Shown here in pieces: positions 20,253-30,853 of a stretch of 64,000 bases of DNA. Position 1 is the stretch's first letter. Every line of letters starts with the position of its first letter. This DNA comes from Promethearchaeota archaeon (lineage in GTDB: Archaea; Asgardarchaeota; Lokiarchaeia; Sigyniarchaeales; SOKP01). The translations under genes were made by a program, and so were the position numbers. The notes under the pieces are model-generated. The model saw nothing but the letters and a program-made list of their open reading frames with translations, ran no database searches and was not told the origin of the DNA. Location: contig JBHLNT010000005.1 in the NCBI GenBank assembly GCA_048941265.1, positions 10,701 to 74,700 on the forward strand, in the 5' to 3' direction.

Positions 20253-20945
20253 TTGGGTTCATTAATCGAATATTTCAAAAAAAAAACCGCAGAAAACGTG
20301 CTGGAAAAAGCCATAAAACATGCTCAAAAAGTACAGGATTGTGTAAAAGAACTTGATAAAGGTATTAAAATCCTATTAAAAGACAAAAATATTGAAAAAT
20401 CTCATGATATCTTTCATAATGTCGACTTATTAGAAGGGGAATCGGATACTCTCAGAAGAGATATATTAGCGGATATCTCAAAAGGAGAATTAAATCCCAG
20501 CGTGAGATTAGATTTATCACATTTAATAAAACGATTGGATGATGTAGCCAATTGTGCAAACGGAGTAGCCAGAAGAATCGCAACAATTCCAAGCCTTTTT
20601 TGGGAGCAAAGTAGTGCAAAATCAATAGAATTAATAACAAATATGATGAAAATTACTGTAGAATGCGGTGATTACTTGGATAAAATGGTACTTGATTTAT
20701 TAGGTGAGAGAAAGAATTTAAAAGAGTATAATAGACAAATAAATATTCTCGAACATAAAGTAGATTTACTAAATATTGATTTAAGGGGAAGTCTTCAAGA
20801 AACTGAATATAATAAAATCAATGCATTTACAATTTTTACAGTAGGAAACACGATAGACATTTTGGAAGCAATATCAGACTCGATGGAAGTTGTAGCGGAT
20901 TATATCATGCTTTTAATGAGAAGTGCAAGTGCAAGTTCATTATAA
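20253..20945 (+). CDS. DUF47/PhoU-like phosphate transport regulator (likely TTG start at 20253)
   Basis: EGESD..RR, RLDDVA, EHKVD, EAISDSME. Confidence 0.88.
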   Translation: MGSLIEYFKKKTAENVLEKAIKHAQKVQDCVKELDKGIKILLKDKNIEKSHDIFHNVDLLEGESDTLRRDILADISKGELNPSVRLDLSHLIKRLDDVANCANGVARRIATIPSLFWEQSSAKSIELITNMMKITVECGDYLDKMVLDLLGERKNLKEYNRQINILEHKVDLLNIDLRGSLQETEYNKINAFTIFTVGNTIDILEAISDSMEVVADYIMLLMRSASASSL

Positions 20946-21110
20946 TTTTTAAGTGATTTTTATAGTATTATGGGCTTTTTATTTAGATTAATTAAGGAAC
21001 TAATTAGCTAATTAGTACCAAATAACATCAGTTTAATAAATTCCTAATGAAAAATATAATAACTATTTGTATTCTTTATTTCAATTAGGGAACGGAAAAA
21101 AAAATATGGA

Positions 21111-22469
21111 ATGAAAATGGAACACAATTTTATACATCCAATAGAGACCCGTTATCGTACAGAAATCGCAAAATTATTTACTGAAGAAAAAAAATTGCAG
21201 AATTGGATGTTAGTAGAATCTGTATTAGCTAAGGTTCATGCCGAATTAGGCAATATACCAAAAGAGGCTGCTAAGGAAATAGAGACGGCTAGAAAAAAAG
21301 TAAAATTGGAAAGAGTAAAACAAATTGATAACGAGATCCATCATGATCTAATGGCTATGGTTAAAGCTTTGGCAGAGCAATGTAAGGGAGATGCTGGTAA
21401 CTATATTCATTTAGGAGCAACTAGCTATGATATTGAAGATACCGCTATAGCATTACAACTGAAAGAAGCATTACATTTTATAAAGGATTCTCTATTGGAA
21501 TTATTAAAAGTATTAATTAGATTAATGGAAGAGAATAAAAAGCTTGTGTGCATAGCACGAACTCATGGTCAGCATGCAATTCCAACTACATATGGAATGA
21601 GATTTGGGGTTTGGGCTTATGAAATAGATAGATATTTAGAGAGAATATCTGAAACGCTAAACCGGATTTCATTCGGAAAAATGTCTGGAGCTGTTGGTAC
21701 CATGGCAAGTTTTGGTGAGAAAGGAATTCAAATTCAGGAGGCGGTTATGAAAAAACTAGGTTTAAATCCCGTCTTAATTGCAAACCAAATACTTCAGAGA
21801 GATCGTCATGCTGAGGTAATTCTCTTAACATCGATGATAGGACAGACCTTAGCGAAAATAGCTACAGAACAGAGAATCTTGCAACGTAATGAAATTGGAG
21901 AAATGTTTGAGCCTTTTAAGAAGAGTCAAGTAGGAAGCTCCACTATGCCACATAAAAGAAATCCCCATAAATCTGAGCGAATTTGTAGTTTAGCACGAGT
22001 GATAAAATCAAATGCGATAGTGGCCCTTGATAATATGGTGTTAGAAGATGAGAGAGATTTAACCAACTCAGCATCCGAACGAGTAATTTTTGCCGAAAAC
22101 TTCATATTTCTCGATTTTATCATAAACCAACTCACACAAATTTTCCAAGGAATAGAATTTAATGAAGCAAAAATCGAATCGAATCTTAATCTTACGAAAG
22201 GAGCGGCCTTGACCGAGAAAATAATGGTTGAATTGGTAAAGAAAGGAATTGGAAGACAGGAAGGGCATGAAATCTTAAGACAGGCTGCTATTCAGGCTCG
22301 AAATGAGGATATCAATATGAAAGATATCTTAGTTAACCATGATAAGATAAAAGGCAAATTCACAAAAGAAGAATTAGATGAGATTTTAAATCCTCATAGT
22401 TATATCGGAAAGGCAGTTGAACAGGTAGAAAATTTAACAAAAATTCTAAAAAACAAATATAAAATATAA
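21111..22469 (+). CDS. purB: Adenylosuccinate lyase
   Basis: H.GATSYD, RTHGQHA, GSSTMPHKRNP. Confidence 0.97.
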   Translation: MKMEHNFIHPIETRYRTEIAKLFTEEKKLQNWMLVESVLAKVHAELGNIPKEAAKEIETARKKVKLERVKQIDNEIHHDLMAMVKALAEQCKGDAGNYIHLGATSYDIEDTAIALQLKEALHFIKDSLLELLKVLIRLMEENKKLVCIARTHGQHAIPTTYGMRFGVWAYEIDRYLERISETLNRISFGKMSGAVGTMASFGEKGIQIQEAVMKKLGLNPVLIANQILQRDRHAEVILLTSMIGQTLAKIATEQRILQRNEIGEMFEPFKKSQVGSSTMPHKRNPHKSERICSLARVIKSNAIVALDNMVLEDERDLTNSASERVIFAENFIFLDFIINQLTQIFQGIEFNEAKIESNLNLTKGAALTEKIMVELVKKGIGRQEGHEILRQAAIQARNEDINMKDILVNHDKIKGKFTKEELDEILNPHSYIGKAVEQVENLTKILKNKYKI

Positions 22470-22476
22470 TTAAATT

Positions 22477-23655
22477 ATGGCCGATAATGAACATATTTAT
22501 TCCCAATTAGGAGTGTCATCTAAAAAAGAAGATGTCCATAAAGCAATAGAAAAGCTCGATAAAGGTTTATTTCCGGGAGCATTTTGCAAAATAGTGGAAG
22601 ATGTTAGCGGTCGGCCTGACTATTGTTCTATCTTTCATTCGGACGGTGCGGGCACTAAATCGAGTTTAGCGTATATGTATTACAAGGAAACGGGAGATAG
22701 CTCAGTGTTTCGAGGGGTAGTAAGAGATGCCATTGTAATGAATATTGATGATATGTTGTGTGTAGGGGCTACTGGACCTATGTTTTTATCTAATAATCTT
22801 GGTAGAAACCAGACATATATATCTGGACAAATTGTTGCAACGATAATTGATGAGTACAACGAATATAGTAAAAAATTAAGCTCATTAGGATTGAGAACAA
22901 TAATGTGCGGGGGTGAAACGGCTGATATTGGAGATGTAGTAAGGACCTTAGTAATTGATGCATCAGTATTTACAACAATGAGACGAGAACACGTGATTAA
23001 TGCTGCCAACATACAGACCGATGATGTGATAATAGGATTTGCGAGCTATGGTAAGGCATCATACGAAGAAGAATATAATAGTGGAATTGGGAGTAATGGA
23101 TTAACATTAGCCCGCCATGGCACCATCCAGCATGAATATTATACGAAGTATCCCGAATGTTTTAATAAAGATATTGATGAAAAGCTTTTATTTTTTGGAA
23201 ATTACCGATTAACTGATAAAATAGAGAAGCTTCAACTGACAGTTGGTAAGGCTCTATTATCTCCGACGAGAACATATGCTCCAATTTTATTAGATACCCT
23301 GAAGGAATATAGAAAAGAAATTCATGGCATAATCCATAATACAGGGGGTGGTCAAACTAAAAATCTTCATTACGGAAAGGGAATAAAATATCTCAAAAAT
23401 AATCTCTTTAATCCTCCAAAAATCTTTGAAGTAATCCAAAATTCATCCGAAACTCAGTGGAAAGAAATGTATAGTGTGTTTAATATGGGTCATAGAATGG
23501 AATTATATTGTAACGAGTCAATTGCAGGGGAGATTATTACGATTGCTAAAAAATATGATATTGAGGCGAAAATTATAGGGCAATGTGAAAAATCTCCATT
23601 TAAAGAAAAGAATGTTGTGGAAATTATGTCAGAATATGGACGTTTTATATTTTAA
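22477..23655 (+). CDS. purM: Phosphoribosylformylglycinamidine cyclo-ligase (AIR synthase)
   Basis: DGAGTKS, GGETAD, SNGLT, H.TGGG, FNMG; follows purB. Confidence 0.92.
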   Translation: MADNEHIYSQLGVSSKKEDVHKAIEKLDKGLFPGAFCKIVEDVSGRPDYCSIFHSDGAGTKSSLAYMYYKETGDSSVFRGVVRDAIVMNIDDMLCVGATGPMFLSNNLGRNQTYISGQIVATIIDEYNEYSKKLSSLGLRTIMCGGETADIGDVVRTLVIDASVFTTMRREHVINAANIQTDDVIIGFASYGKASYEEEYNSGIGSNGLTLARHGTIQHEYYTKYPECFNKDIDEKLLFFGNYRLTDKIEKLQLTVGKALLSPTRTYAPILLDTLKEYRKEIHGIIHNTGGGQTKNLHYGKGIKYLKNNLFNPPKIFEVIQNSSETQWKEMYSVFNMGHRMELYCNESIAGEIITIAKKYDIEAKIIGQCEKSPFKEKNVVEIMSEYGRFIF

Positions 23656-23669
23656 TAAGTTGAGTTGTT

Positions 23670-24629
23670 ATGACAAAAAAATTTGATGTAATATGTTCAG
23701 GGGCAGCTTTAGTTGATATGGTAGCTAAAGTTGAGAGACATCCATTAGATGACGATGAAGTGTTTGTTTCAGATTTAACCCTATTATCGGGGGGTGCCGC
23801 GGCCAATACAGCTTATGCTTGTGGTAAATTAGGATTAAAATCAGCTTTTTTAGGTAAATTAGGAGAGAATGATGTTTTTGGGAGCAAAATAATTAAAGAT
23901 TTTAATGAAGTAAAAGTTAGCACTGCGTTATTGAAATATTCGAAAAAATATGGTACAGGTTCGGCTTATGTTGCCCTCAATAAAGAGGGAGATCGTAGAA
24001 TTTATGCCCACAGTGGAGCTGCGAATTATTTATCAAAAGAAGACGTCATAGAACAAGAAGTTTTGGCTACTAAAGTAATTTTTTTAAGTAGTCTAAAAAA
24101 TCTGGAACCATTTATTAAAGTTGCTAAAATTGGTAGAAAAAATAATATACCTGTTATCTTGAATCCAGGTATGTTAATCATCGATCAAAGTCTTAAGGTT
24201 ATTAAAGAATTACTGGAAAAAATAGATATTTTTATTTTATCTCAACGAGAATTTTCCACGCTTTTAAATATTCAAGAAAAACCGGAGGAGAAAACCATAG
24301 TAGAAAACGCGAAAACACTTTTGGGACTTGGGATACATGTACTTATAGTAACTATAGGAGAAAGAGGTGCTATGTTAATAACGAATAAAAGGTCAGAATT
24401 AATTCCATCAACTAAAGTGAGCCAGGTTGTTGATACCACGGGGGCGGGTGATGCGTTTTCAGCCGGCTTTATTTATGGATTTGTAAAGAATTTAAGTTAT
24501 GCATTTGAAGATTTAAAGCATAACGTAAAAATTGGGAATTTTGTTGCTGGAAAATGCATCCAAGAGCTAGGTGCGAGAAATGGGATTCCCTCTCCAAAAG
24601 AAATAAAACAAATTCTCAACATAAAATAA
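23670..24629 (+). CDS. PfkB family carbohydrate/nucleoside kinase
   Basis: GGAAAN and DTTGAGDAF. Confidence 0.93.
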   Translation: MTKKFDVICSGAALVDMVAKVERHPLDDDEVFVSDLTLLSGGAAANTAYACGKLGLKSAFLGKLGENDVFGSKIIKDFNEVKVSTALLKYSKKYGTGSAYVALNKEGDRRIYAHSGAANYLSKEDVIEQEVLATKVIFLSSLKNLEPFIKVAKIGRKNNIPVILNPGMLIIDQSLKVIKELLEKIDIFILSQREFSTLLNIQEKPEEKTIVENAKTLLGLGIHVLIVTIGERGAMLITNKRSELIPSTKVSQVVDTTGAGDAFSAGFIYGFVKNLSYAFEDLKHNVKIGNFVAGKCIQELGARNGIPSPKEIKQILNIK

Positions 24630-24712
24630 AATAAAAAAGTTTAAAATTTTTCAATAAAATAATTTTTTAATTAAATTTTTTAGATTTTCAAAACTTCCTT
24701 GGATGACTCAGA

Positions 24713-25771
24713 TTGACTGAGGCAAAAAATCAAATTATAGTTGAAAGGGTCAGGTTTCTTTTTGAAGTGTTTATCATCTTTTTTGGAATTACATTGTTCT
24801 CTCTTATTCCATGGTTATTACTCCCATTATTGATTAGTACTAATTCAATTTTATATGGTCCCCTCTATTATTTATTGCGAGCATTGGCAATTATTATCGC
24901 CGTTCCTTTATTTTTATTAATTTCTAATAAAGCCCTTGAATCACCTAAAAGGACTCAAATTATAAAGGAAGATACGAATCCTTCTTTAGAGTTTTTAAAA
25001 TTATATTCATTTCCAGATAAAAGTTTTAAAGATCAATTGCTATATGGTGTGTTGATTTTATTTATAATATTTATTCCCTTAGATTTTCTCGTCTATTTCT
25101 TAATTCCAGATATGTTAAAATACACGGGTGAAACTATATCTTCTCAACCAACCGATTCATATTTATTACAAAGTTATTTTGTGTTTCTATTTTCAGTAGT
25201 TATTATACAAATATGTGTTTCAATATACGAGGAATCGCTCTCAAGAGGATTTTTGACAATGAGAGGAAAGGAATATGTTCATAAGATATCTGCTGTTATT
25301 ATTGCTTCCTTATATTTCGGGTTGATGCATTTTGCTTATTTCCTTAATCCTGTAAGTAAAAATTATCCTTTCTGGTTTCCATTTATCTGGTTTTTACAGA
25401 CTTTTTTGGTCGCCATTCTCCTATCCATTTTAGTATTAAAGAAAAAAAGTTTATTCCCGGTTATTTTTGCTCATGCCCTAAATAATATTATCTCAGCTCA
25501 TGCAGTCTGGAATTATCTTCAAGGCAACGACTTTACCTTAGTAATTTATTATATGTATATTCCTTTAATGATAATTGGAGTTGTGTTGCTCATTTGGCAG
25601 TTTTCGACAATAAAAGCAGGAGTAATAGTTGTTTATGACGAACTAAGAGAGTATCTTAGACCTGATGAGAAAATAGGAGAGTCCAAAGGAGATATCTATT
25701 TTAGAATTGTTATTGATTTATTCATTGGAATTATAATTCTGGCCCTCGGATTATTTATTTTTGGAGTATAA
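24713..25771 (+). CDS. CPBP (Rce1/Abi, CAAX protease-like) intramembrane glutamic endopeptidase
   Basis: EES..RG, FGLMH, HALNN; many TM helices. Confidence 0.88.
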   Translation: MTEAKNQIIVERVRFLFEVFIIFFGITLFSLIPWLLLPLLISTNSILYGPLYYLLRALAIIIAVPLFLLISNKALESPKRTQIIKEDTNPSLEFLKLYSFPDKSFKDQLLYGVLILFIIFIPLDFLVYFLIPDMLKYTGETISSQPTDSYLLQSYFVFLFSVVIIQICVSIYEESLSRGFLTMRGKEYVHKISAVIIASLYFGLMHFAYFLNPVSKNYPFWFPFIWFLQTFLVAILLSILVLKKKSLFPVIFAHALNNIISAHAVWNYLQGNDFTLVIYYMYIPLMIIGVVLLIWQFSTIKAGVIVVYDELREYLRPDEKIGESKGDIYFRIVIDLFIGIIILALGLFIFGV

Positions 25772-25786
25772 AGAGGATTTAGCATA

Positions 25787-26308
25787 ATGGTCAAATTTGG
25801 GATAATATCTGATACACATATAACCTCTGAAGATGATCCAAAAAAAATTATAGCTCTATTAAATCAATTAAGAGAAGTCTTTAAAGATGTAGATGAAATT
25901 ATCCATGCGGGGGATGTTTGCGAAGAATTTTTTCTGGACGAGTTAAAAAAAATAGCTCCTATTAAAATCGTGATAGGAAAATTAGATAAAATAAAAAATG
26001 CCGAGGAATTTATTAAATTTAATGCTAATGTATATAATGTGGGAGTTATTCATAAGCCCCCTGAAAATATGGAAGATTTCTTTAAAAAAAACAATTTACA
26101 TATTTTAATCTTCGGCCACACTCACATACCCTTAATTAAAGGTACACAATATAATACGCTAATACTGAATCCAGGATCTCCCACATTTCCCAAGCCTCCT
26201 CCTAAAAAACCAATGTTTAAAGAGCCGGTTGCCAGGCCCAGTGTGATGACATTGGAAATCGATGAAAGCAATATATTAAAAACATTTATCATAAATCTGA
26301 AAATATAA
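25787..26308 (+). CDS. YfcE/MJ0936/Vps29-like metallophosphoesterase
   Basis: SDTH, HAGD, GHTH, NPGS; GNxD altered to GKLD. Confidence 0.85.
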   Translation: MVKFGIISDTHITSEDDPKKIIALLNQLREVFKDVDEIIHAGDVCEEFFLDELKKIAPIKIVIGKLDKIKNAEEFIKFNANVYNVGVIHKPPENMEDFFKKNNLHILIFGHTHIPLIKGTQYNTLILNPGSPTFPKPPPKKPMFKEPVARPSVMTLEIDESNILKTFIINLKI

Positions 26309-26414
26309 ATTTTCAAATTAAACTTAAAAAAATACGTATCAGACAACTATCACGATAGTATTATAAAATAAGCAAAATAAATTAATATATATTCATGAGA
26401 AGTAATAGGGCGCG

Positions 26415-27068
26415 ATGATGGAAAAAAAAAAGGAGACCTTATTTGCAGGACCAAAGTTAGAAGAAGAATCTTATTATTGTCGTCCAATGCAGGTTAGGGA
26501 TTTTGGAATTATTGAATGCGTTCACTGGAAATCGGCCGAACAAGTCCAAGAATACATTGATAAACAAAACATTGCTTCAATGCTGGCTTTTGATGATTTA
26601 CGTTATGTAGGGCAACTTTATTTAAAGGAATACGATCCCCGGTTTAGCGAACAAGGGGGATGGATTGGTGAACGATGTTGGGCAGATTTTCAGATTGCCG
26701 AACCTCTTGGATTGAAGGGTCGCTTTCTAACGCTTGGATGCTACCATGTTGGTCGGCTACCTAATGGTAAATACACACCTTCGTTATGGGGTCGTGGTAT
26801 AGGAAAAACATTATTGAAAGCTATAATCGAATGGTATCAATCACAGCAAGAAATTAATGGTCTCGTTTCATGGGGTTTAGTACCCGGATCGAGAAAATTA
26901 CTTCAATGGGCTGGACAGTTGCCATATACAAGCTATAAAAAGTTTGGTTTTCAAGAGATAAAAAGAGTCTATGATCCACGACTTGAACAAGCCCTTGCTG
27001 ATATTGACATAACTTCCGTAAATGAAAATATAGCTATGTTAAGGGTAATGGTATTAACAAAGGAATGA
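26415..27068 (+). CDS. GNAT-like hypothetical protein
   Basis: GRGIGKTLL acetyl-CoA motif; YKKFGF. Confidence 0.65.
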   Translation: MMEKKKETLFAGPKLEEESYYCRPMQVRDFGIIECVHWKSAEQVQEYIDKQNIASMLAFDDLRYVGQLYLKEYDPRFSEQGGWIGERCWADFQIAEPLGLKGRFLTLGCYHVGRLPNGKYTPSLWGRGIGKTLLKAIIEWYQSQQEINGLVSWGLVPGSRKLLQWAGQLPYTSYKKFGFQEIKRVYDPRLEQALADIDITSVNENIAMLRVMVLTKE

Positions 27069-27229
27069 TTACGTACACAATTAATTTGTTTTTAAGAATT
27101 TCACTCTAATTTCTTCAAAATCTGATAATATGAATTGGAATAATTATAAATAGAATTTAAGATCAATATATCTTAAGTATATAATCTTGAAATAAGATAA
27201 TAAAAACCATTCTATAAAGGGGAACATGA

Positions 27230-29920
27230 TTGATTGTTAATTTAAAAAATACCAAAAGGCGAGATGAAATTCAATTAGGGGGTAAAGCTGTTAATCTTGG
27301 TAAGCTAATTCAGAATGATTTTGGTGTTCCTAAAGGATTTGTTATCACCACAGAAGCATACTCGTTATTCCTCAAAAATAGTAATTTAGTTGAATTGATT
27401 AATAACAAGTTATCTAAAGTTAATTACTCCAATTATGATACTATAGAAAGTTGCTCTAATGAAATTCAAGAGGCAATAAAAAAAAGTACTCTACCATTAG
27501 AGATGGTTGAAAGAATTAAAGAGGCCTACGATAATCTATATACTACCAGTGTCGCAGTACGATCATCAGCAACGGCAGAAGATATGCCATCAGCCTCTTT
27601 TGCCGGGCAATACGATACATTCCTAAATTTAAAGACGCTTGGGCAAGTAACTCAGAACATAAAGTCCTGTTATGCCTCTCTCTGGACAAGTAGAGCAATT
27701 GCTTATAGGTATAAAAATCAGATCCCCCAACGTGGCGTTAAAATCGCAGTAATCATACAGGAGATGATTCCTGCGAAATCTTCCGGTGTACTTTTTACAA
27801 TGAATCCTGTTTCAATGAATAAAAAAGAATTGATAATTGAATCTAATTACGGATTAGGTGAATCTATTGTAACGGGCCAATGCAGTCCCGATCAATTTTT
27901 AGTCAAGAGAGAAAGGCAACACGGAACCGAGGAATTTACAATTTTAGATATACAAATAGGGAAAAAGAATGTTGCGGTATATCCGAATACTTTAGAATCT
28001 GAAAGTGGAACGGTTTTAATTGAACTTACCGAAAATGAGAATAAATGCTCCTCTTTAACGAATCAACAAATAATTCGTCTTTCCCAGATCGGTTCTCAAA
28101 TTGAAGAGCTTTTTAAAGCACCTCAAGATATAGAATGGGCTATAAGTCAGGACGATAAAATATTTATTCTTCAATCTAGACCCATAACGTCTTTAGAACC
28201 TGTTAAACTTGAAGAAGTCATATATTGGACAAGAGGATACAGCGACGATTATTGGAATGATCCAGTCACTCCTTTATTCTTTGATTTATTGGGAGATCCT
28301 CTTACCAATATAGTGAGTGTAGAGCTTAATAGTATAATGGGTTATAAAGAAATTGACACGAAATTATTGAAATTATATAATGGCCATGTTTATTTCAATT
28401 TAAATGTCTTGCGGAATAGGGTCAAATACGAGATACCTAAAATTTTCCGAAATGAAGATCTTTTGAACTACTTTCCAGAAGGTTCCGGGCTATATGGCAA
28501 GGAAACAATGAAAAACCTCCCTTTCCGAATATTTAGGCGGATTTTTTCCGAAGTCCGTATCATGCTTTTTGATCCGAACGGATCGATGTCGAAAACGGCT
28601 CCTAAATATTACGAGTGGAGTGAGAACGAATTCGAACCTTTTTGCAAAGAATTTGATTTAAGACTCGATAAATTATCTAGAAATGGGGATCTTCTTGGAT
28701 TGGCCAACTTAGCATATGATCTCGATCGGGTGATGGTTACCCATTACCGTTTAATCCGGTACGGTCTTGCTGTCCATAATATAGGAATGAATCTGATGCT
28801 CCAATATCTTCTTACAAAATTTCTAGGGAAAGAAGATTCATTACATTATTATCCCGTATTGATTTCGGGATTAGAACATAAGTTAACTGAAACAAATGAT
28901 AATCTTCGGTATTTAGTATCTATTATCCAAAAGTCTCCCGAACTAAAATCAATAATTAATGAAAAAGATTCAGAGATTTTGTATGAGTATATCTCATCCG
29001 AAAAGAATCCCACAGTTCAGGCTTTTTATAAAGAATTTGAGGTTTTTTTGGAAAAATTCGGTGAACGTGGATTTACGAGAGAGGTATATTATCCTAGATG
29101 GAATGAGGAACCCCGATATGTATTTGATATCTTAAAAACTCTAATTAAGGATAAGGATGGAGACCACAAACAGATTAAAGAAAAACAATTAAAGTATAGA
29201 GAAACCATTGAAAAACTTGTGGAGGCAAAAATACGATCCCAGCGGTTTGGATTGACTAAATGGCTCTTATGCTCAAAAATTTTGGATTCAGCCCGTACAT
29301 ATTTAGTATTTCGGGAAGATCAGAGATATAATCTCGATCGCTGGACTTATAGAAATCGAAAAGTTTACTTGGAAATTGGTAAAATTTTCAAGCAAAAGGG
29401 GAAATTAGAGAAAACTGACGATATTTTTTTTCTACACAGAAGGGAAATTCAAAAACTATTGGAGCATTCGGATTTAGAAGTTTCATCTTTAATAAAAACA
29501 CGGAGGGATGATTTTTCTAAATATGAGTACACTATTCCTCCGAAATTTCTTCACGGATCCCGTGAATTTGATGATGTGTTTCAATATGATCAAGATTCTC
29601 TTTCCTTTAAAGGAATTCCTGCCAGTCAGGGCATCTTAACGTCAAAAATACGTGTAATTAACAAGATTGAAGAGATCTCAAGTGTTCAGATGGGAGAAAT
29701 CCTTATTGTTCCTAAAACAGATCCAGGTTGGACTCCTGTTTTTTCTAAACTTGGGGGATTAATAACTGAAACAGGAGGGATACTCTCACATGGAGCAGTT
29801 GTATCGCGTGAATACGGTATTCCAGCAGTTAGCAATATAACTAACGCTTGCCTGCTCTTTAAAACGGGTCAGGTTGTCACTATTAATGGATATAATGGGA
29901 CGGTTGTTATAAAAAAATAA
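27230..29920 (+). CDS. PEP synthase-like/rifamycin phosphotransferase-architecture dikinase
   Basis: GGKA, VAVRSSA..ED, FAGQ, QSRPIT ATP-grasp domain; central helical domain; C-terminal GGILSHGAVVSREYG His domain. Confidence 0.9.
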   Translation: MIVNLKNTKRRDEIQLGGKAVNLGKLIQNDFGVPKGFVITTEAYSLFLKNSNLVELINNKLSKVNYSNYDTIESCSNEIQEAIKKSTLPLEMVERIKEAYDNLYTTSVAVRSSATAEDMPSASFAGQYDTFLNLKTLGQVTQNIKSCYASLWTSRAIAYRYKNQIPQRGVKIAVIIQEMIPAKSSGVLFTMNPVSMNKKELIIESNYGLGESIVTGQCSPDQFLVKRERQHGTEEFTILDIQIGKKNVAVYPNTLESESGTVLIELTENENKCSSLTNQQIIRLSQIGSQIEELFKAPQDIEWAISQDDKIFILQSRPITSLEPVKLEEVIYWTRGYSDDYWNDPVTPLFFDLLGDPLTNIVSVELNSIMGYKEIDTKLLKLYNGHVYFNLNVLRNRVKYEIPKIFRNEDLLNYFPEGSGLYGKETMKNLPFRIFRRIFSEVRIMLFDPNGSMSKTAPKYYEWSENEFEPFCKEFDLRLDKLSRNGDLLGLANLAYDLDRVMVTHYRLIRYGLAVHNIGMNLMLQYLLTKFLGKEDSLHYYPVLISGLEHKLTETNDNLRYLVSIIQKSPELKSIINEKDSEILYEYISSEKNPTVQAFYKEFEVFLEKFGERGFTREVYYPRWNEEPRYVFDILKTLIKDKDGDHKQIKEKQLKYRETIEKLVEAKIRSQRFGLTKWLLCSKILDSARTYLVFREDQRYNLDRWTYRNRKVYLEIGKIFKQKGKLEKTDDIFFLHRREIQKLLEHSDLEVSSLIKTRRDDFSKYEYTIPPKFLHGSREFDDVFQYDQDSLSFKGIPASQGILTSKIRVINKIEEISSVQMGEILIVPKTDPGWTPVFSKLGGLITETGGILSHGAVVSREYGIPAVSNITNACLLFKTGQVVTINGYNGTVVIKK

Positions 29921-30019
29921 CACATTTTTCTAAATTCCCACCATCATTTCCAGCAAATTTAAAAAATATTGAGTATTGAAAAGTAAAATACACTAAAAAT
30001 AAAATAGGTAAAGTGAAAA

Positions 30020-30853
30020 ATGAATCATATAGAAGGTGAATATGAGGGAATAGATGGTACTAAATTATATTATCAAGCGTGGATTCCTGAAACTCCCAAA
30101 GCTGTTGTGCAAGTCATCCACGGTTTTGCAGAACATTCCGGGAGATATAAAAATGTGGTAAATCAGTTAGTACCTAATGGTTATTTAATTTATGCTCACG
30201 ATCTTAGGGGTCATGGGAAATCTGAAGGTGATGAAAATTTTGTGGAGTCTATGGATCAATATGTCGAGGATGAGAAGAAATTTTATGATATGATAAAGCA
30301 AAAACATTCAAATCTAAAGATTTTCATGCTGGGTCATTCTATGGGATCTGGCATTGCTATGTATTTCACAAAAAAATACGGAAATCTCTTAGCTGGATTA
30401 ATTCTCTCTGGAACCGCAAAATATTTTGGAGGAGAGGCTGGTAAAGTTAAGAAGATTTTTGCAAAAAAGATGTCAAAGACTTTCCCTAAATTAAGAGCTA
30501 GTTCTGGAGTAGATCCTCAGCTTTTGAGCCATGATATTGAAGAAGTAGAAGCATACAAGAATGATCCATTAGTACATTATAAGAAGATCACAGCTCGGCT
30601 TGGATGGGAAATGATTAAAAGTTTTGAAGAAGCTACTGAAATCGTTGGGGACTTTAAACTCCCCGTTCTTATTCAAAGGGGAAGTGAAGATAATGTTATG
30701 ACAGGAACAGATGAATTAAAGGATGCATTTAGAACGAATGATTTAACATATAAAGTATACGATGGATTATACCACGAAATCTACAATGAATTAGAAAAAG
30801 ATCGCGCCAAAGTTTTAAAAGATTTAAATGATTGGCTGGATAAACATCTTTAA
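30020..30853 (+). CDS. Lysophospholipase/monoglyceride lipase (alpha/beta hydrolase)
   Basis: HGFAEHSGRY, DLRGHG, GHSMG, YHE. Confidence 0.92.
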   Translation: MNHIEGEYEGIDGTKLYYQAWIPETPKAVVQVIHGFAEHSGRYKNVVNQLVPNGYLIYAHDLRGHGKSEGDENFVESMDQYVEDEKKFYDMIKQKHSNLKIFMLGHSMGSGIAMYFTKKYGNLLAGLILSGTAKYFGGEAGKVKKIFAKKMSKTFPKLRASSGVDPQLLSHDIEEVEAYKNDPLVHYKKITARLGWEMIKSFEEATEIVGDFKLPVLIQRGSEDNVMTGTDELKDAFRTNDLTYKVYDGLYHEIYNELEKDRAKVLKDLNDWLDKHL

